Shown piece after piece: positions 1 to 10,791 of a stretch of 64,000 nucleotides of DNA. Each line of letters starts with the position of its first letter. The first letter of the stretch is position 1. A program made the translations under genes and the position numbers. A model generated the notes under the pieces. That model saw only the letters and a program-made list of their open reading frames with translations. It did not search any database and had not been told where the DNA came from. The stretch spans positions 148,007 through 212,006 of the forward strand of contig CAWJCA010000044.1 of assembly GCA_963841165.1 (NCBI GenBank). The letters are read 5' to 3'. Origin of the DNA: an uncultured Gammaproteobacteria bacterium. Its GTDB lineage: Bacteria > Pseudomonadota > Gammaproteobacteria > Steroidobacterales > Woeseiaceae.

Positions 1-1
1 C

Positions 2-1084
2 GGCGAGTTCTACAGTGCCTATACGCCTTACCAGGCCGAGGCGAGCCAGGGCACGCTGCAGGTCATTTACGAATACCAGACGATGATCACGCAGCTGACC
101 GGACTTGATGTCAGCAACGCGTCGCTCTACGACGGTGCATCGGCACTGGCCGAAGCCGCACTGATGTCAGTGCGCGCGAATCGGCGCGTGAAAACCGGGC
201 TGGTGCTGCTGGCACCGGGCGTGAATCCGATCTATGAACAGGTCGCATCGGCGATCGCCGGCAGCCAGGGCCTCACGTTCGAACGCCTGCCAGTGGACCC
301 GGCAACCGGCAACGTGGCTTTTGGCGAGCTTGTTGACGACCAGAACCCTGTCGCTGTCGTAATGCAGCAGCCGTCATTTCCGGGCACGCTTGAAGACGTC
401 GATCGACTGTCCGACTGGGCGCATGCACAGGGTGCGATCGTCATCGGGGTCGTCAATCCCGTCTCTTTGGCGCTGCTGAAAGCACCCGGTCACTGGGGTG
501 AGCAGGGGGCTGACATCGCGATTGGTGAAGGGCAGCCGCTGGGTGTGCCGATATCGTCGGGCGGACCTTACTTCGGTTTCATGACCTGCAGGCAGATGCA
601 CGTGCGCCAGATGCCTGGACGCATCGTAGGCCGCACGACTGACCTCGACGGCAATACGGGTTTCGCGCTGACCTTGCAGGCGCGCGAGCAACATATCCGG
701 CGCACGAAGGCGACATCGAACATCTGCACGAACCAGGGCCTTATGGTCACAGCTGCTACGATCTACATGTCCTTGCTGGGTCTTGACGGCATTGCGGCCG
801 TCGCGCGGCGCTCGCACGCCAACACGACGAGGCTGGTCGAAGGTCTCACCGCCATCAAAGGCGTGCAGCGCCTGTACGAAGGACCGTATTTTCACGAGGT
901 GGCGCTGAAGCTGGATCGGCCCGTGGCGCCGGTGCTTGCCGCGCTGGCTGAGCAGGACATTCTCGGCGGCTTTGATCTGACAGGTTTCGCAGGCACCGAC
1001 GCACTGTTGGTATGCGCTACGGAAACAAAATCGGCGGCGGATATCGACGCCTATATCTCGGCGCTTGCCGACGCGATGGCCTGA
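2..1084 (+). CDS. gcvPA: Glycine dehydrogenase (decarboxylating) subunit 1, 5'-partial
   Basis: The reading frame runs in from before position 1 ([34 protein letters not shown]..., a conserved GcvPA motif). Stop TGA at 1082-1084. The N-terminus lies outside the window. Confidence 0.9.
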   Translation, partial: GEFYSAYTPYQAEASQGTLQVIYEYQTMITQLTGLDVSNASLYDGASALAEAALMSVRANRRVKTGLVLLAPGVNPIYEQVASAIAGSQGLTFERLPVDPATGNVAFGELVDDQNPVAVVMQQPSFPGTLEDVDRLSDWAHAQGAIVIGVVNPVSLALLKAPGHWGEQGADIAIGEGQPLGVPISSGGPYFGFMTCRQMHVRQMPGRIVGRTTDLDGNTGFALTLQAREQHIRRTKATSNICTNQGLMVTAATIYMSLLGLDGIAAVARRSHANTTRLVEGLTAIKGVQRLYEGPYFHEVALKLDRPVAPVLAALAEQDILGGFDLTGFAGTDALLVCATETKSAADIDAYISALADAMA

Positions 1085-1103
1085 AGCGGCCGGAGAAACG
1101 ATA

Positions 1104-1619
1104 GTGGCAAAGATCCAGTTTGAACATGCGTCATACCGTACCTACGGCGACTTGCCGGCGGTAGGTAGCCGGGCACCTGACGTTTCGCTCGTCAATACAA
1201 ACCTGCAAAACGTGTCGCTTGCGAACTGGATGGGCAAGCGAAAAATCATGAACATCTTCGTCAGCATCGATACCGCGGTCTGTGCGGAATCGGTCGTCAA
1301 GTTCGAGCGCTATGTCGGCGAACGGGATGATCTCGTGCTACTCATGGTTTCGTACGATCTGCCGTTCGCTCACAAGAGATTTCAGAAAGAACACGATCTC
1401 AAGAAGGTAATTGGCCTGTCTGCCATTCGTCACGCCGGCTTCGGCGAGAATTATGGCGTCATGATCATCGATGGTCCGCTGGCCGGCATGTTCTCGCGTG
1501 CCGTTGTCGTGCTGGATGAGAACAACACGGTCGTGCACAGTGAGTTGATCGAAGATATTACAACCGAACCGGATTATGGCGCCGCATTCCGTGCGCTGGG
1601 AATTGAAATCGATGAGTGA
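1104..1619 (+). CDS. tpx: Thiol peroxidase (Tpx-type peroxiredoxin), single-Cys variant
   Basis: The 171-aa product matches E. coli Tpx as I recall it along its length ([50 protein letters not shown]). GTG 1104 has GGAG at 1092-1095. The ORF-track TTG at 1065 would overlap gcvPA and looks less likely. Confidence 0.85.
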   Translation: MAKIQFEHASYRTYGDLPAVGSRAPDVSLVNTNLQNVSLANWMGKRKIMNIFVSIDTAVCAESVVKFERYVGERDDLVLLMVSYDLPFAHKRFQKEHDLKKVIGLSAIRHAGFGENYGVMIIDGPLAGMFSRAVVVLDENNTVVHSELIEDITTEPDYGAAFRALGIEIDE

Positions 1620-3075
1620 GCTTATTTTCGAGAAATCCCGCTCGGGCCGCCGGGCATTTGCGCAGGCTCCGACCGAAACGGCGGCGCCGGCTATTCCGAA
1701 GCAGTTCCTGCGTGACGACAAGCCGCGTCTGCCTGAAGCCTCGGAGCTGCAGGTCGTGCGGCACTTTACGCGCTTGTCGCAAAAGAACTTCTCGATCGAT
1801 ACGCAGTTTTACCCGCTCGGTTCGTGCACGATGAAATACAATCCGCGCGCCTGCAATTCGCTGGCGTTGCTGCCCGAGTTCGCGGGCCGCCACCCCCTCG
1901 GGCCGGTCAGCCATGGGCAGGGGTTTCTCACCTGCATGTACGAATTGCAGGAGATGCTCAAGGAAGTAACGGGAATGAAGGGCGTGTCGCTGACGCCAAT
2001 GGCCGGCGCGCAGGGGGAACTTGCCGGCGTCGCGATGATCAAGGCCTATCATGAAGCTCGCGGCGACCATGACAGAAACGAGATTATCGTTCCCGATGCT
2101 GCCCACGGCACCAACCCGGCTACAGCGAACATGTGTGGCTGCATCGTGAAGGAAATCCCGACGGGACCCGATGGCGATATCGAAATCGCCGCACTCAAGG
2201 CCGTTCTCGGTCCCAGGACGGCCGGCATCATGCTCACGAACCCGTCAACACTGGGTGTCTTCGAACGGCATATCAAGGACGTGGCCGACATGGTCCACGA
2301 TGCCGGCGGACTGCTCTATTACGATGGTGCCAACCTCAACGCAATCCTCGGCAAAGTTCGCCCGGGCGACATGGACTTCGATGTCATCCATATGAACCTG
2401 CACAAGACCTTTTCGACACCGCATGGCGGTGGCGGTCCGGGTTCCGGTGCCGTGGGCGTAAACAAGCGCCTGCTGCCATTCATGCCGATCCCCGTCGTTG
2501 GCCGATCCGAAATCGATGGGGAAACCGTATACGACTGGCTTTCGGAGAAAGACCTGCCGCAGAGCATCGGCCGTCTTTCAGGTTTCATGGGCAATGCGGG
2601 TGTCTTGCTGCGAGCCTATGTCTACATGCGCATGGTCGGCCGGGCCGGCATGGAACGCATTGCAGAGTACGCCACGCTGAATGCCAACTACCTGATGGTA
2701 CGACTGCGCGACGCGGGATTCGAGCTTGCCTATCCCGGACGTCGCGCGAGTCACGAATTCATCGTGACACTCAAACACGAAGCCAAATCCGTGCGCCTGA
2801 CGGCCATGGATGTTGCGAAGGCTTTGCTGGATCGGAATTATCATGCGCCAACCACGTATTTTCCGCTGCTGGTTCCGGAGTGCCTGCTGATCGAGCCAAC
2901 GGAGACTGAAAGCAAGGAAACGCTGGATGGATTCGTTGCCGCGATGATCGATATCGTGCGCGCGGCGAAAGAGGACGGAGTGGACTACAAGGAAGCCCCG
3001 TACAAGATGCCGGTGCGCCGACTCGATGACGTGAAAGCCGCGCGGCAACTCGATCTTGCCTATCGCCCTGATTGA
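1612..3075 (+). CDS. gcvPB: Glycine dehydrogenase (decarboxylating) subunit 2
   Basis: [13 protein letters not shown]... N-terminus and a PLP-lysine region [19 protein letters not shown] 1612 overlaps the tpx stop (ATGAGTGA). The ORF-track start at 1576 lies inside tpx. Confidence 0.92.
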   Translation: MSELIFEKSRSGRRAFAQAPTETAAPAIPKQFLRDDKPRLPEASELQVVRHFTRLSQKNFSIDTQFYPLGSCTMKYNPRACNSLALLPEFAGRHPLGPVSHGQGFLTCMYELQEMLKEVTGMKGVSLTPMAGAQGELAGVAMIKAYHEARGDHDRNEIIVPDAAHGTNPATANMCGCIVKEIPTGPDGDIEIAALKAVLGPRTAGIMLTNPSTLGVFERHIKDVADMVHDAGGLLYYDGANLNAILGKVRPGDMDFDVIHMNLHKTFSTPHGGGGPGSGAVGVNKRLLPFMPIPVVGRSEIDGETVYDWLSEKDLPQSIGRLSGFMGNAGVLLRAYVYMRMVGRAGMERIAEYATLNANYLMVRLRDAGFELAYPGRRASHEFIVTLKHEAKSVRLTAMDVAKALLDRNYHAPTTYFPLLVPECLLIEPTETESKETLDGFVAAMIDIVRAAKEDGVDYKEAPYKMPVRRLDDVKAARQLDLAYRPD

Positions 3076-3079
3076 TCCA

Positions 3080-3103
3080 GGTCGCATCGTGCGACCGATT
3101 TTG
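3080..3103 (+). terminator. Weak intrinsic terminator candidate after gcvPB
   Basis: GGTCGCA-tcg-TGCGACC forms a 7-bp stem, followed by gaTTTTgc. Confidence 0.3.
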
Positions 3104-3186
3104 CTCAAATGGGGAACCGCTCTGGTCGCAGGCAGTCGAGAGTATGGACAAGCGGGCATTCGGCCCGGCAATTGACCAGGATATCT

Positions 3187-5985
3187 ATGAATTTTGGCAA
3201 GTACCTGGCGGCAGTCGCTGCACTGTTGCTCAGCGTTGCAGTGAGCGCTGCAGAAGACTCGGCATGGACCGAGACCCTCGAGCGCATCTCCTCCGGCGTC
3301 GTGTCCATACGGATTGACAGCACGCGGGCCTTTGATACCGAGTGGAACAGCTCCAGCCAGGCGACCGGGTTCGTCGTTGATGCCGAGCGCGGCCTCATTC
3401 TCACCAACCGGCACGTCGTGACACCCGGACCGGTCATTGCCGAAGGCGTGTTCCGCAATAATGAGGAAGTGCGCCTGACGCCGGTATACCGGGACCCGGT
3501 GCACGATTTCGGATTTTTTCGTTATGACCCCGCAGAGCTGCGTTACATAAAGCCCGTGGAGCTGCCGCTGGACCCGAAAGGAGCCGGCATCGGCAAGGAG
3601 ATTCGCGTCATTGGAAACGATGCCGGAGAGCAGCTCTCGATACTCGCCGGCACAATCGCGCGCCTGGATCGCAAAGCGCCGGAATACGGTCGCGGCAAGT
3701 ACAACGACTTCAACACGTTTTACCTGCAGGCCGCCTCCGGTACCTCGGGTGGTTCATCGGGCTCACCGGTCGTCAACATTGACGGTCGGGTCGTGGCATT
3801 GAATGCCGGCGCCAACAGCTCGGCGGCCAGCAGTTTCTTCCTGCCGCTCGACAGAATCGACCGCGCGTTGAAGGAATTGCAGCGCGGCTTGCCCGTTTCG
3901 CGCGGCACGCTGCAGACGACGTTCCAGAGCAAGGCCTACGATGAACTGCGGCGGCTTGGCCTGACAACAGATTCGGAACGAATTGCTCGTTCCTCGTTTC
4001 CGGAACAAACCGGCATGCTGGTCGTGGAGCAGGTCATTCCGGATTCGCCGGCCGCCGGCGAGCTCGCGCCGGGCGACATACTCATTCGCATCAACGGCGA
4101 ACTCATAACGAAGTTTGTGCCGCTGGAAGCCATCCTGGACAGTCATGTTGGTCGGGAAATCGATATCGAGCTCGAGCGTGGTGGCAAACAGGTCATTACC
4201 AAGGTGCTCGTCGATGATCTGCACGCGATTACACCCGATGAGTATATTGAGTTCGGTGACGCGATCGTGAACAGGCTGTCGTACCAGCAGGCGCGTCATT
4301 ACAATCGTGGGGCCGAGGGCGTGTATGTGGCCAATCCCGGCTACCTGTTATCGAAAGCGGCGATTCCTCGTGGCGCAGTCATCGTTGAAGTAGACGGGAA
4401 GGACGTTCGCAATCTTGATGAATTCGAGGCGGTGCTTGACGGACTTGCCGACGGCGAACGTGCGCGCGTGCGTTACGTTACGATGGAAAACCCGCAAAAC
4501 TCCATCGTTCGCCTGCTGGAAATGGATCGTACCTGGTTTCCAACGCGTCGCTGCAAGCGGGACGATGCCCTGGGATTCTGGCCGTGCCGCGATCTCGCGG
4601 ACGGGCCCGCACCTCCGCCGGTCGAGGTCAGCAGCACTCGCCTGACCAAATACAACGATCCCATTGTCAGGGCAATAGCGCCGTCGCTGGTCGTCGTAAC
4701 CTTCGATCTGCCGTACACGCTCTCCGGCGTATCCGAGCGTCATTATTACGGTACCGGCCTCATCGTCGACAAGGAACGCGGCTATGTCCTCGTTGACCGC
4801 AATACCGTGCCGATTGCGATCGGCGACGTCACCGTGACTTTTGCCGGTTCGCTCGAGGTCAAGGGAAAAATCGAGCAACTGCACCCGCTGCATAATTTCG
4901 CGATTGTGTCGTATGACCCGAAAAGTATCGGCACGACGCCCGTCAAGGAGGCGACGTTCAATACGTCGACGCTGAAGCCGGGGGACGATGTCTGGGTCGT
5001 GGGTATCAAGGCCGATCACCAGCTGGTTCACCAGAAAAGCACTGTGTCATCCGTCGATCCGCTGTTATTGCCGCTGTCGCGGACATTGCGATTCAGGGAC
5101 TCGAATATTGAGGGCATCTCGCTCGTCAACGCGCCGAACGACGTGGACGGCGTACTCGTCGACAAGAAAGGGCGCGTTGCGGCGACCTGGTCGAGCTTCA
5201 TGTTGCAGTCGGGTGGAGACTCGGCGCAGTTCAATCGTGGTGTCGGCAGCGAAGTCGTCAAGACTTTCGTTGCAACGGTCAGAGAGGGCAGGCCGTTCTA
5301 TTCGCTTGAAGCGGAGTTCGTATACGCGCCGCTGTTTGCGGCCCGCAAGATGGGTGTCGACGAAGAATGGGTGGCCCGGCTGGAAGAAAACAACCCGGTG
5401 CGCAGGCGGGCGTTGAGCATCACTCGGCTGGTTGCCGGCACGCCGGCCGCAAAGCTGTTCAAAAACGGCGACATGATCCTGGCCATCGATGGCCAGGTCG
5501 TCACCTCATACCGGGCGCTCGAAAAAGCCGTGCAAAAACCCGAAGTCCTGGTCACCGTCTGGCGCAACGATAGTGTGCATGAAATTACCGTGCAAACGGC
5601 CGCGCTCGATGGCCGCGGCATCGACCGGGCGATTTCCTGGGCGGGAGCGTTGTTGCAGGATCCGCACCGTGCAATGGCGGCGCAGCGTGGCGTCGATACG
5701 GACGGTGTGTACGTTGCCTACTTCAGCTATGGCTCACCGTCGACCCGCTACGGTCTCTGGGCCGGCCGCAGGGTCGTCGAGGTTAACGAAACGCCGACGC
5801 CGAACTTGCAGGCTTTCATCGATGCCGTAAGAGGCATCAAGCATCGCGAGTCCGTGCGGCTGAAAACCGTGACATGGAACGGCACTGCCGAGGTAATCAC
5901 ACTCAAGCTCGATAACCAGTACTGGCCCGCCTATGAAATCAGGCGGACCGACGACGGCTGGCGGCGAATCGCCTTCGGGACATAG
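3187..5985 (+). CDS. Secreted trypsin-fold serine protease with PDZ domains, two-lobed (Nma111/Deg-like) architecture
   Basis: ATG 3187 gives MNFGKYLAAVAALLLSVAVSAAED, a signal peptide. The N-terminal lobe has a His (LTNRHVV), an Asp (VHDFGFF) and a Ser (GTSGGSSGSPVV). PDZ-like segments follow. The C-terminal lobe repeats the fold but has lost the triad (VDRNTV, LHNFAIV, no GxSG). Confidence 0.75.
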   Translation: MNFGKYLAAVAALLLSVAVSAAEDSAWTETLERISSGVVSIRIDSTRAFDTEWNSSSQATGFVVDAERGLILTNRHVVTPGPVIAEGVFRNNEEVRLTPVYRDPVHDFGFFRYDPAELRYIKPVELPLDPKGAGIGKEIRVIGNDAGEQLSILAGTIARLDRKAPEYGRGKYNDFNTFYLQAASGTSGGSSGSPVVNIDGRVVALNAGANSSAASSFFLPLDRIDRALKELQRGLPVSRGTLQTTFQSKAYDELRRLGLTTDSERIARSSFPEQTGMLVVEQVIPDSPAAGELAPGDILIRINGELITKFVPLEAILDSHVGREIDIELERGGKQVITKVLVDDLHAITPDEYIEFGDAIVNRLSYQQARHYNRGAEGVYVANPGYLLSKAAIPRGAVIVEVDGKDVRNLDEFEAVLDGLADGERARVRYVTMENPQNSIVRLLEMDRTWFPTRRCKRDDALGFWPCRDLADGPAPPPVEVSSTRLTKYNDPIVRAIAPSLVVVTFDLPYTLSGVSERHYYGTGLIVDKERGYVLVDRNTVPIAIGDVTVTFAGSLEVKGKIEQLHPLHNFAIVSYDPKSIGTTPVKEATFNTSTLKPGDDVWVVGIKADHQLVHQKSTVSSVDPLLLPLSRTLRFRDSNIEGISLVNAPNDVDGVLVDKKGRVAATWSSFMLQSGGDSAQFNRGVGSEVVKTFVATVREGRPFYSLEAEFVYAPLFAARKMGVDEEWVARLEENNPVRRRALSITRLVAGTPAAKLFKNGDMILAIDGQVVTSYRALEKAVQKPEVLVTVWRNDSVHEITVQTAALDGRGIDRAISWAGALLQDPHRAMAAQRGVDTDGVYVAYFSYGSPSTRYGLWAGRRVVEVNETPTPNLQAFIDAVRGIKHRESVRLKTVTWNGTAEVITLKLDNQYWPAYEIRRTDDGWRRIAFGT

Positions 5986-5991
5986 GCAGAC

Positions 5992-6032
5992 GGGGACATT
6001 CTGCGCTTTTTCGACAACAACAGAATGTCCCC
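5992..6032. terminator. Bidirectional hairpin between convergent genes
   Basis: GGGGACATTCTG (5992-6003) pairs perfectly over 12 bp with CAGAATGTCCCC (6021-6032). The loop is 17 nt and a T-rich tail follows. Confidence 0.55.
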
Positions 6033-6047
6033 TTTGATCTTCGACTA

Positions 6048-6416
6048 TCAGTACGTCATATAGCTGCGTCGGCCAATATTGTCACTGCACTCGGCGAAAC
6101 GAGCCGACAGTTTTGACGCCATGGAATCCGGATCCGTCAGGTCTTTGTTCCACTTATCGAAAGCGGCACCAAAAGCGGCACTGTTTGCCGATCGCCCGAG
6201 CCAATATATCGACTTCAGGTTATTGCTGTGTACGGGAAACAGAACCTCGGCTTCATAGCCCTGGTTCACGGCCCATTTCTCGTTGAAGTCTTTGACGATT
6301 GCCATGTATTTTTGCACCGTGCAACCTTCCTTCATCTGGCCCTCGATAACATCGATGTGATCCGCCAATGCGCTCAGCGGAAACATGAAAAGCGCTACAC
6401 ATAATATTTTTTTCAT
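6048..6416 (-). CDS. Hypothetical small secreted protein (122 aa)
   Basis: Signal peptide MKKILCVALFMFPLSALA. GGGAG lies 7 nt upstream of the ATG. The gene starts 18 nt after the dehydrogenase stop. G+C is visibly lower than in its neighbours. I recognise no family. Confidence 0.6.
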   Translation of the reverse strand: MKKILCVALFMFPLSALADHIDVIEGQMKEGCTVQKYMAIVKDFNEKWAVNQGYEAEVLFPVHSNNLKSIYWLGRSANSAAFGAAFDKWNKDLTDPDSMASKLSARFAECSDNIGRRSYMTY

Positions 6417-6434
6417 TTTCTTCTCCCTGGGTTT

Positions 6435-8592
6435 TTAGTGTTGTTGCCTGATGTAAGCGCGGCGTGCACGTTCAATAACGAACGCGTGCACGGCATCACT
6501 GTCTTCTTTCGATAGAATCTGGCCAAACGCCGGCATGCCGATGTCGCGCAACGCACCGCCGAGTACGATCGTATCCCATATAGCGTGCTTCTCGGGCGTC
6601 AGGCGACGCAAGTCGGGCAGCACGCCGCCGCTGGCGACGCTCTCCCCGTGACACATCATGCAGCGCTCATAGTAAATATCCTTGCCAGCCGCGATCTGCG
6701 CTGCGCTCGCGTTATTCGCGGGTGGTTCGGGGATGCCCGCAAGCGCTACGGTTTCTCGCGCGGGGAGCGACTTCTCACCGCCAAGTCGAAACGCAAGAAT
6801 TCGGCTCTGGTTGCTGTGGCGCAGCGCGGCACTGCCTTCGCCACCGAATAGCGCGAAGATCGTGCCCCAGCCCGCGGCGACGGCAACGTGCTGCTTATCG
6901 TCGACACTGTAGGTGACAGGCGCCGCAACGATGCCGGTCTGGCTTGGGAACTGCCAGAGGCGGTTGCCGTTATCCGCATCGTAGGCCGCAAAATCGCCGA
7001 TAAGGCTGCCCTGGAACACGAGATTGCCGGCCGTTGCCAGGACGCCGCCGTTCCAGGGTCCCGCGTGCTGATAGCGCCAGACTTCTTTCTGCGAACGTGG
7101 GTCCCAGGCCACCAGCTGGCCGCGCACCATCTTGAGGATCTGGGCGACAACGGCCGGGTCATCGGGCGTCTCGAGGGCTTCGAATTCGGCCCCGCTATTC
7201 CAGAAGCCTTCGGTGTATTCGAAATCCGGCTCGTCGGCATACGGCGCCGGCAGTTCCTGCGACGGCAGAAAAACCAGGTTCGACAAGGGGCTATAAGCCA
7301 TCGGATGCCAGTTATGGGCGCCAAACCCGGACGGCATTACGAAGGCAGGGCCGTCGGTGTAGCGTGCCCCCGGCGCCTCGATGGGCCGGCCCGTCGCATA
7401 GTCGATGCCGGTTGCCCAGGTAATCGCGATGTGCGGCCTGGCGGATATCAGTTCGCCGTTCCTGCGATCGAGCACGTAGAAGAAGCCGTTCTTGGGCGCC
7501 TGCATCAGCACCTTGCGCGCTTCCCCGTCGATTTCGAGATCTGCGAGGATCATGTGCTGCGTGGCCGTGTAGTCCCATGTTTCGCCGGGCGTCGTCTGGT
7601 AGTGCCAGACGTACTCGCCGGTAGCCGGTCGCAGTGCGACGATCGAAGACAGGAACAGGTTGTCGCCGCCTTCGGGGCTGCGAATCTTCTGATTCCAGGG
7701 CGAACCGTTGCCGACGCCGATGTACAGCAGGTCGAGTTCGGGGTCGTAGGCCATGGAATCCCATACCGTGCCACCACCCCCGTACTTCCACCACTCGCCG
7801 TTCCAGGTTGCGGCCGCATCCTCGAGAACCTCACTTTCGAATCCGTCCTCGGGGTTCCCGGGCACCGTGTAAAAACGCCAGCGCATCTCGCCGCTGTCGG
7901 CATCGTAGGCGCTGATGTAACCGCGTACACCGTAGTCGGCGCCGCCGTTACCGATAAAAACCAGTCCGTTGACGACACGCGGCGCGCCGGTAATTGTGTA
8001 CGGTGGTTGCCTGTCGATCGTGTCCGTGCGCCAGCGCTCTTTGCCGCGTTGCGGCGTCGAGGGCGACGAGGTAACCGTCCAGCGTGCCAACGAAGACGCT
8101 GTCGCCCCACACGGCGACGCCGCGGTTAACCACGTCGCAGCAAGCGTATTGTGCCCAGGATTTCGGCACTTTGGGGTCGTAGCGCCAGAGTTCCTTGCCG
8201 GTTGCGGCATCCAGCGCGTACACGATGCTCCAGGAACCCGTCACGTACATGCGGCCGTCAACAACGATCGGTGTTGCTTCCATGCCGCGCTGGGTCGGTA
8301 CATCGAAGTACCACGCAAGCCCGAGTTCACCGACGTTGTCCCGATTGACCTGATCGAGCGGGCTAAATCGCTGTTCGTCGTAGGTGCGGCCATGTGACAG
8401 CCAGTTGGCGTCGTCGCTGCCAGCGTTGACGAGCCGCTCATTGCTCACTTTGGTGACCGCAGGCCCGTCTATGGCAGCAGCCAGGCTGTCCCCGCGATCC
8501 GCAGTCCCGACGGCTTGCTTGTCATCGGACTTACTGCACCCGACGCAGAGTGCGGTCACAAGAAAAACTACGAGTGCGTATTTTTTGGACAT
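6435..8592 (-). pseudogene. PQQ-dependent quinohemoprotein alcohol dehydrogenase, frame broken by a 1-nt insertion near 8046
   Basis: The N-terminal piece (frame of ORF 7948..8610) has a signal peptide, the vicinal Cys motif [10 protein letters not shown] and ...LVALDAAT. The sequence continues as [27 protein letters not shown]... in the frame of ORF 6435..8210. The C-terminus carries a c-type haem motif, CMMCHG. Total length is 2158 nt, which is 3n+1. Confidence 0.85.
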
Positions 8593-8649
8593 TTCTAATT
8601 CACCACTCATTGGCCAACACGGGAAATGAATATACCAGCCAGTGATCGC

Positions 8650-10707
8650 TTATTCTCCGCTTAACTGTGCTGCCAATGCCTCCCATGTTGTGACCGGCAT
8701 TTCGCAGTGCGTGCCGAGGCAGCGATAGGCAACGGTCTCACCGTCGATTGCCGCGCGGTCCGCCAGCGCCCCGGGCAAGTCGGCCGCATCGGAGCTGATA
8801 CCGAATACCAGTCGCCGCGGTGCATACAACCTGGCCGCGGCATGCTGCCATCGGGCGATCTCGTCGCCGTCGCCGCGGATGACAATGATCTCCGGGTGAT
8901 CGAGGTACTCCTCGAGTGAGCTCAGCAGGCTGACATGGCCATGCGGGTACTCTTTGATCGCCTGCCAGCTTGCGCGCAGCGCTCTTTCGGCCGCATCGAG
9001 ATAACGCGTTTCGCCAAGCAGGAACCCCAGGCGCTGCAGTGCGAATGCCGCGATGCCATTGCCCGATGGCACAGCTTCGTCAGCTAACGGTTTCGGGCGA
9101 TGGATCAGTACTTCGTGATCGTCCGCGGTGAAAAAGAACGCGCCGCCCTCACTATCCTCGAAATGAGTGAGCATCAGTTCGGCAATTTGTACGGCAAACT
9201 CGAGATGCGCCGTATCCCAGCGTGCTTGCAGTAGTTCGAGCAGGGCGTCGAGCAGGAACGCGTGATCATCGAGGTACGCCGGAAAGCGAGCTTCGCCATC
9301 TTTATAACTGGCGAGCAGGCGGCCATCGACAAACATTGTCGTTTGCAGGAACTCTGTGGCGCGCATCGCGGCTTCAACCAGGTCCGGACGATCGAGCGCG
9401 CGGCCCGCAATGGCGAGACCGCGAATCGCCAGCGCATTCCATGACGTCAGTTGTTTTTCATCGCGGCCGGGCGCTACGCGTTTCAGGCGTTCGTGCAACA
9501 GTGTTTTTTTCGCAGCGTCGATTATCGACGTGACGTCCTTTTCCTTGCGTCCTGTTGCGGTCGCGATGTCGCTGATCGAATCACGCACGGTCAGGTGCCA
9601 CTGACCCTCGAAGTTAGCATCGTGGTTCAAGCCGAAGCGTTGCGCGAAAACCTCGTAGTCATCGCCGAGCAGCTCACGCAGCTGTTCCGGGGTCCACAGG
9701 TAGTAAATACCCTCATGACCCTCCGAATCCGCGTCCCGCGTGGCGAAAAAGCCGCCGTTGTCAGCCTGCATGTCGGCGAGCATCCATTCCGCAGTCGCAT
9801 TCGCCACATCGGCAAACAACGAGTCACCCGTCGCAAGCGCAGCCTGGGCGTACAGCGCGAGCAGCGGGCCGTTGTCATACAGCATTTTTTCAAAATGCGG
9901 GATCTGCCAGTATCGATCGACCGAGTAGCGACAAAAGCCGCCGCCAACGTGGTCGAACAGGCCGCCATCGGCCATGCGCGTCAGTGTCAACGTCGCCATG
10001 AACAGCGCTTCGATATCGGGTTCGGCGTCGTTCGCGCTGGCACGCCAGTGCCGCAACAGTCGATCGATCGTGGTCGGATGCGGGAACTTCGGCGCGGAAC
10101 CGAAACCGCCGTAGTCGCGATCGAAAGTCTGCTCGAAGGTGTTACGCGCGACGGCGAGCGGGGTGGCATCCAGCGCGGTGCCCGGTCCGGCCGGCGCCGG
10201 TTCCAGCTTCGTGAATACCTCCAGCAGTCTTGTACTTTGCGAGCGAACTTCGTCGCGCTTGTCCGTGTAATAGCCGGCGACGTTTTTCAGTAGCTCACCG
10301 AACGCCGGCATGCCGTAGCGCGCTTCCTTCGGGAAATAGGTGCCGCCGAAGAACGGCCGCTGGTCTTCACCGTCGAGAAACATCGTGAGCGGCCATCCGC
10401 CGCCGCGCTGTGTCAGCAGCTGATGTGCGGTCTGGTAGATTTTGTCGACGTCCGGGCGCTCTTCGCGATCGACCTTGATGTTGACGAACAGCTCGTTCAT
10501 GAGCGTGGCTGTCGCCGCGTCCTCGAAGGACTCGTGTGCCATGACGTGGCACCAGTGGCAGGCCGAATAACCGACTGACAGCAATACGGGTTTGCCGGTT
10601 TCGCGCGCCACCTGGAAGGCTTCTTCGCCCCACGGATACCAGTCAACGGGATTGTCGGCGTGTTGTTGCAGGTAAGGACTCGTTTCCCGGGCAAGACGAT
10701 TGGACAT
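8650..10707 (-). CDS. Thioredoxin-domain protein, DUF255/YyaL family
   Basis: N-terminus [22 protein letters not shown]...[26 protein letters not shown], followed by a long alpha/alpha-toroid-like region. 685 aa. Confidence 0.88.
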   Translation of the reverse strand: MSNRLARETSPYLQQHADNPVDWYPWGEEAFQVARETGKPVLLSVGYSACHWCHVMAHESFEDAATATLMNELFVNIKVDREERPDVDKIYQTAHQLLTQRGGGWPLTMFLDGEDQRPFFGGTYFPKEARYGMPAFGELLKNVAGYYTDKRDEVRSQSTRLLEVFTKLEPAPAGPGTALDATPLAVARNTFEQTFDRDYGGFGSAPKFPHPTTIDRLLRHWRASANDAEPDIEALFMATLTLTRMADGGLFDHVGGGFCRYSVDRYWQIPHFEKMLYDNGPLLALYAQAALATGDSLFADVANATAEWMLADMQADNGGFFATRDADSEGHEGIYYLWTPEQLRELLGDDYEVFAQRFGLNHDANFEGQWHLTVRDSISDIATATGRKEKDVTSIIDAAKKTLLHERLKRVAPGRDEKQLTSWNALAIRGLAIAGRALDRPDLVEAAMRATEFLQTTMFVDGRLLASYKDGEARFPAYLDDHAFLLDALLELLQARWDTAHLEFAVQIAELMLTHFEDSEGGAFFFTADDHEVLIHRPKPLADEAVPSGNGIAAFALQRLGFLLGETRYLDAAERALRASWQAIKEYPHGHVSLLSSLEEYLDHPEIIVIRGDGDEIARWQHAAARLYAPRRLVFGISSDAADLPGALADRAAIDGETVAYRCLGTHCEMPVTTWEALAAQLSGE

Positions 10708-10791
10708 GGTTTCCCCGTGGCGATCGCCACTATGACGCGTTGCTGAAACTGACTATGATACCCGTCTTGTATCAATTCCGAGCGGGATTAC

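Noticed and set aside
6888-8129. A long 413-aa ORF antisense to the PQQ dehydrogenase. Similar antisense ORFs occur elsewhere, for example at 9451-10293, 18947-19828, 20879-22246 (455 aa), 29246-30478 (410 aa) and 47232-47765.
   Set aside because: They are Arg/Ala/Gly-rich low-complexity translations lying opposite clearly conserved genes. This is typical of stop-codon-poor antisense frames in GC-rich DNA, and I recognise no motifs in them.
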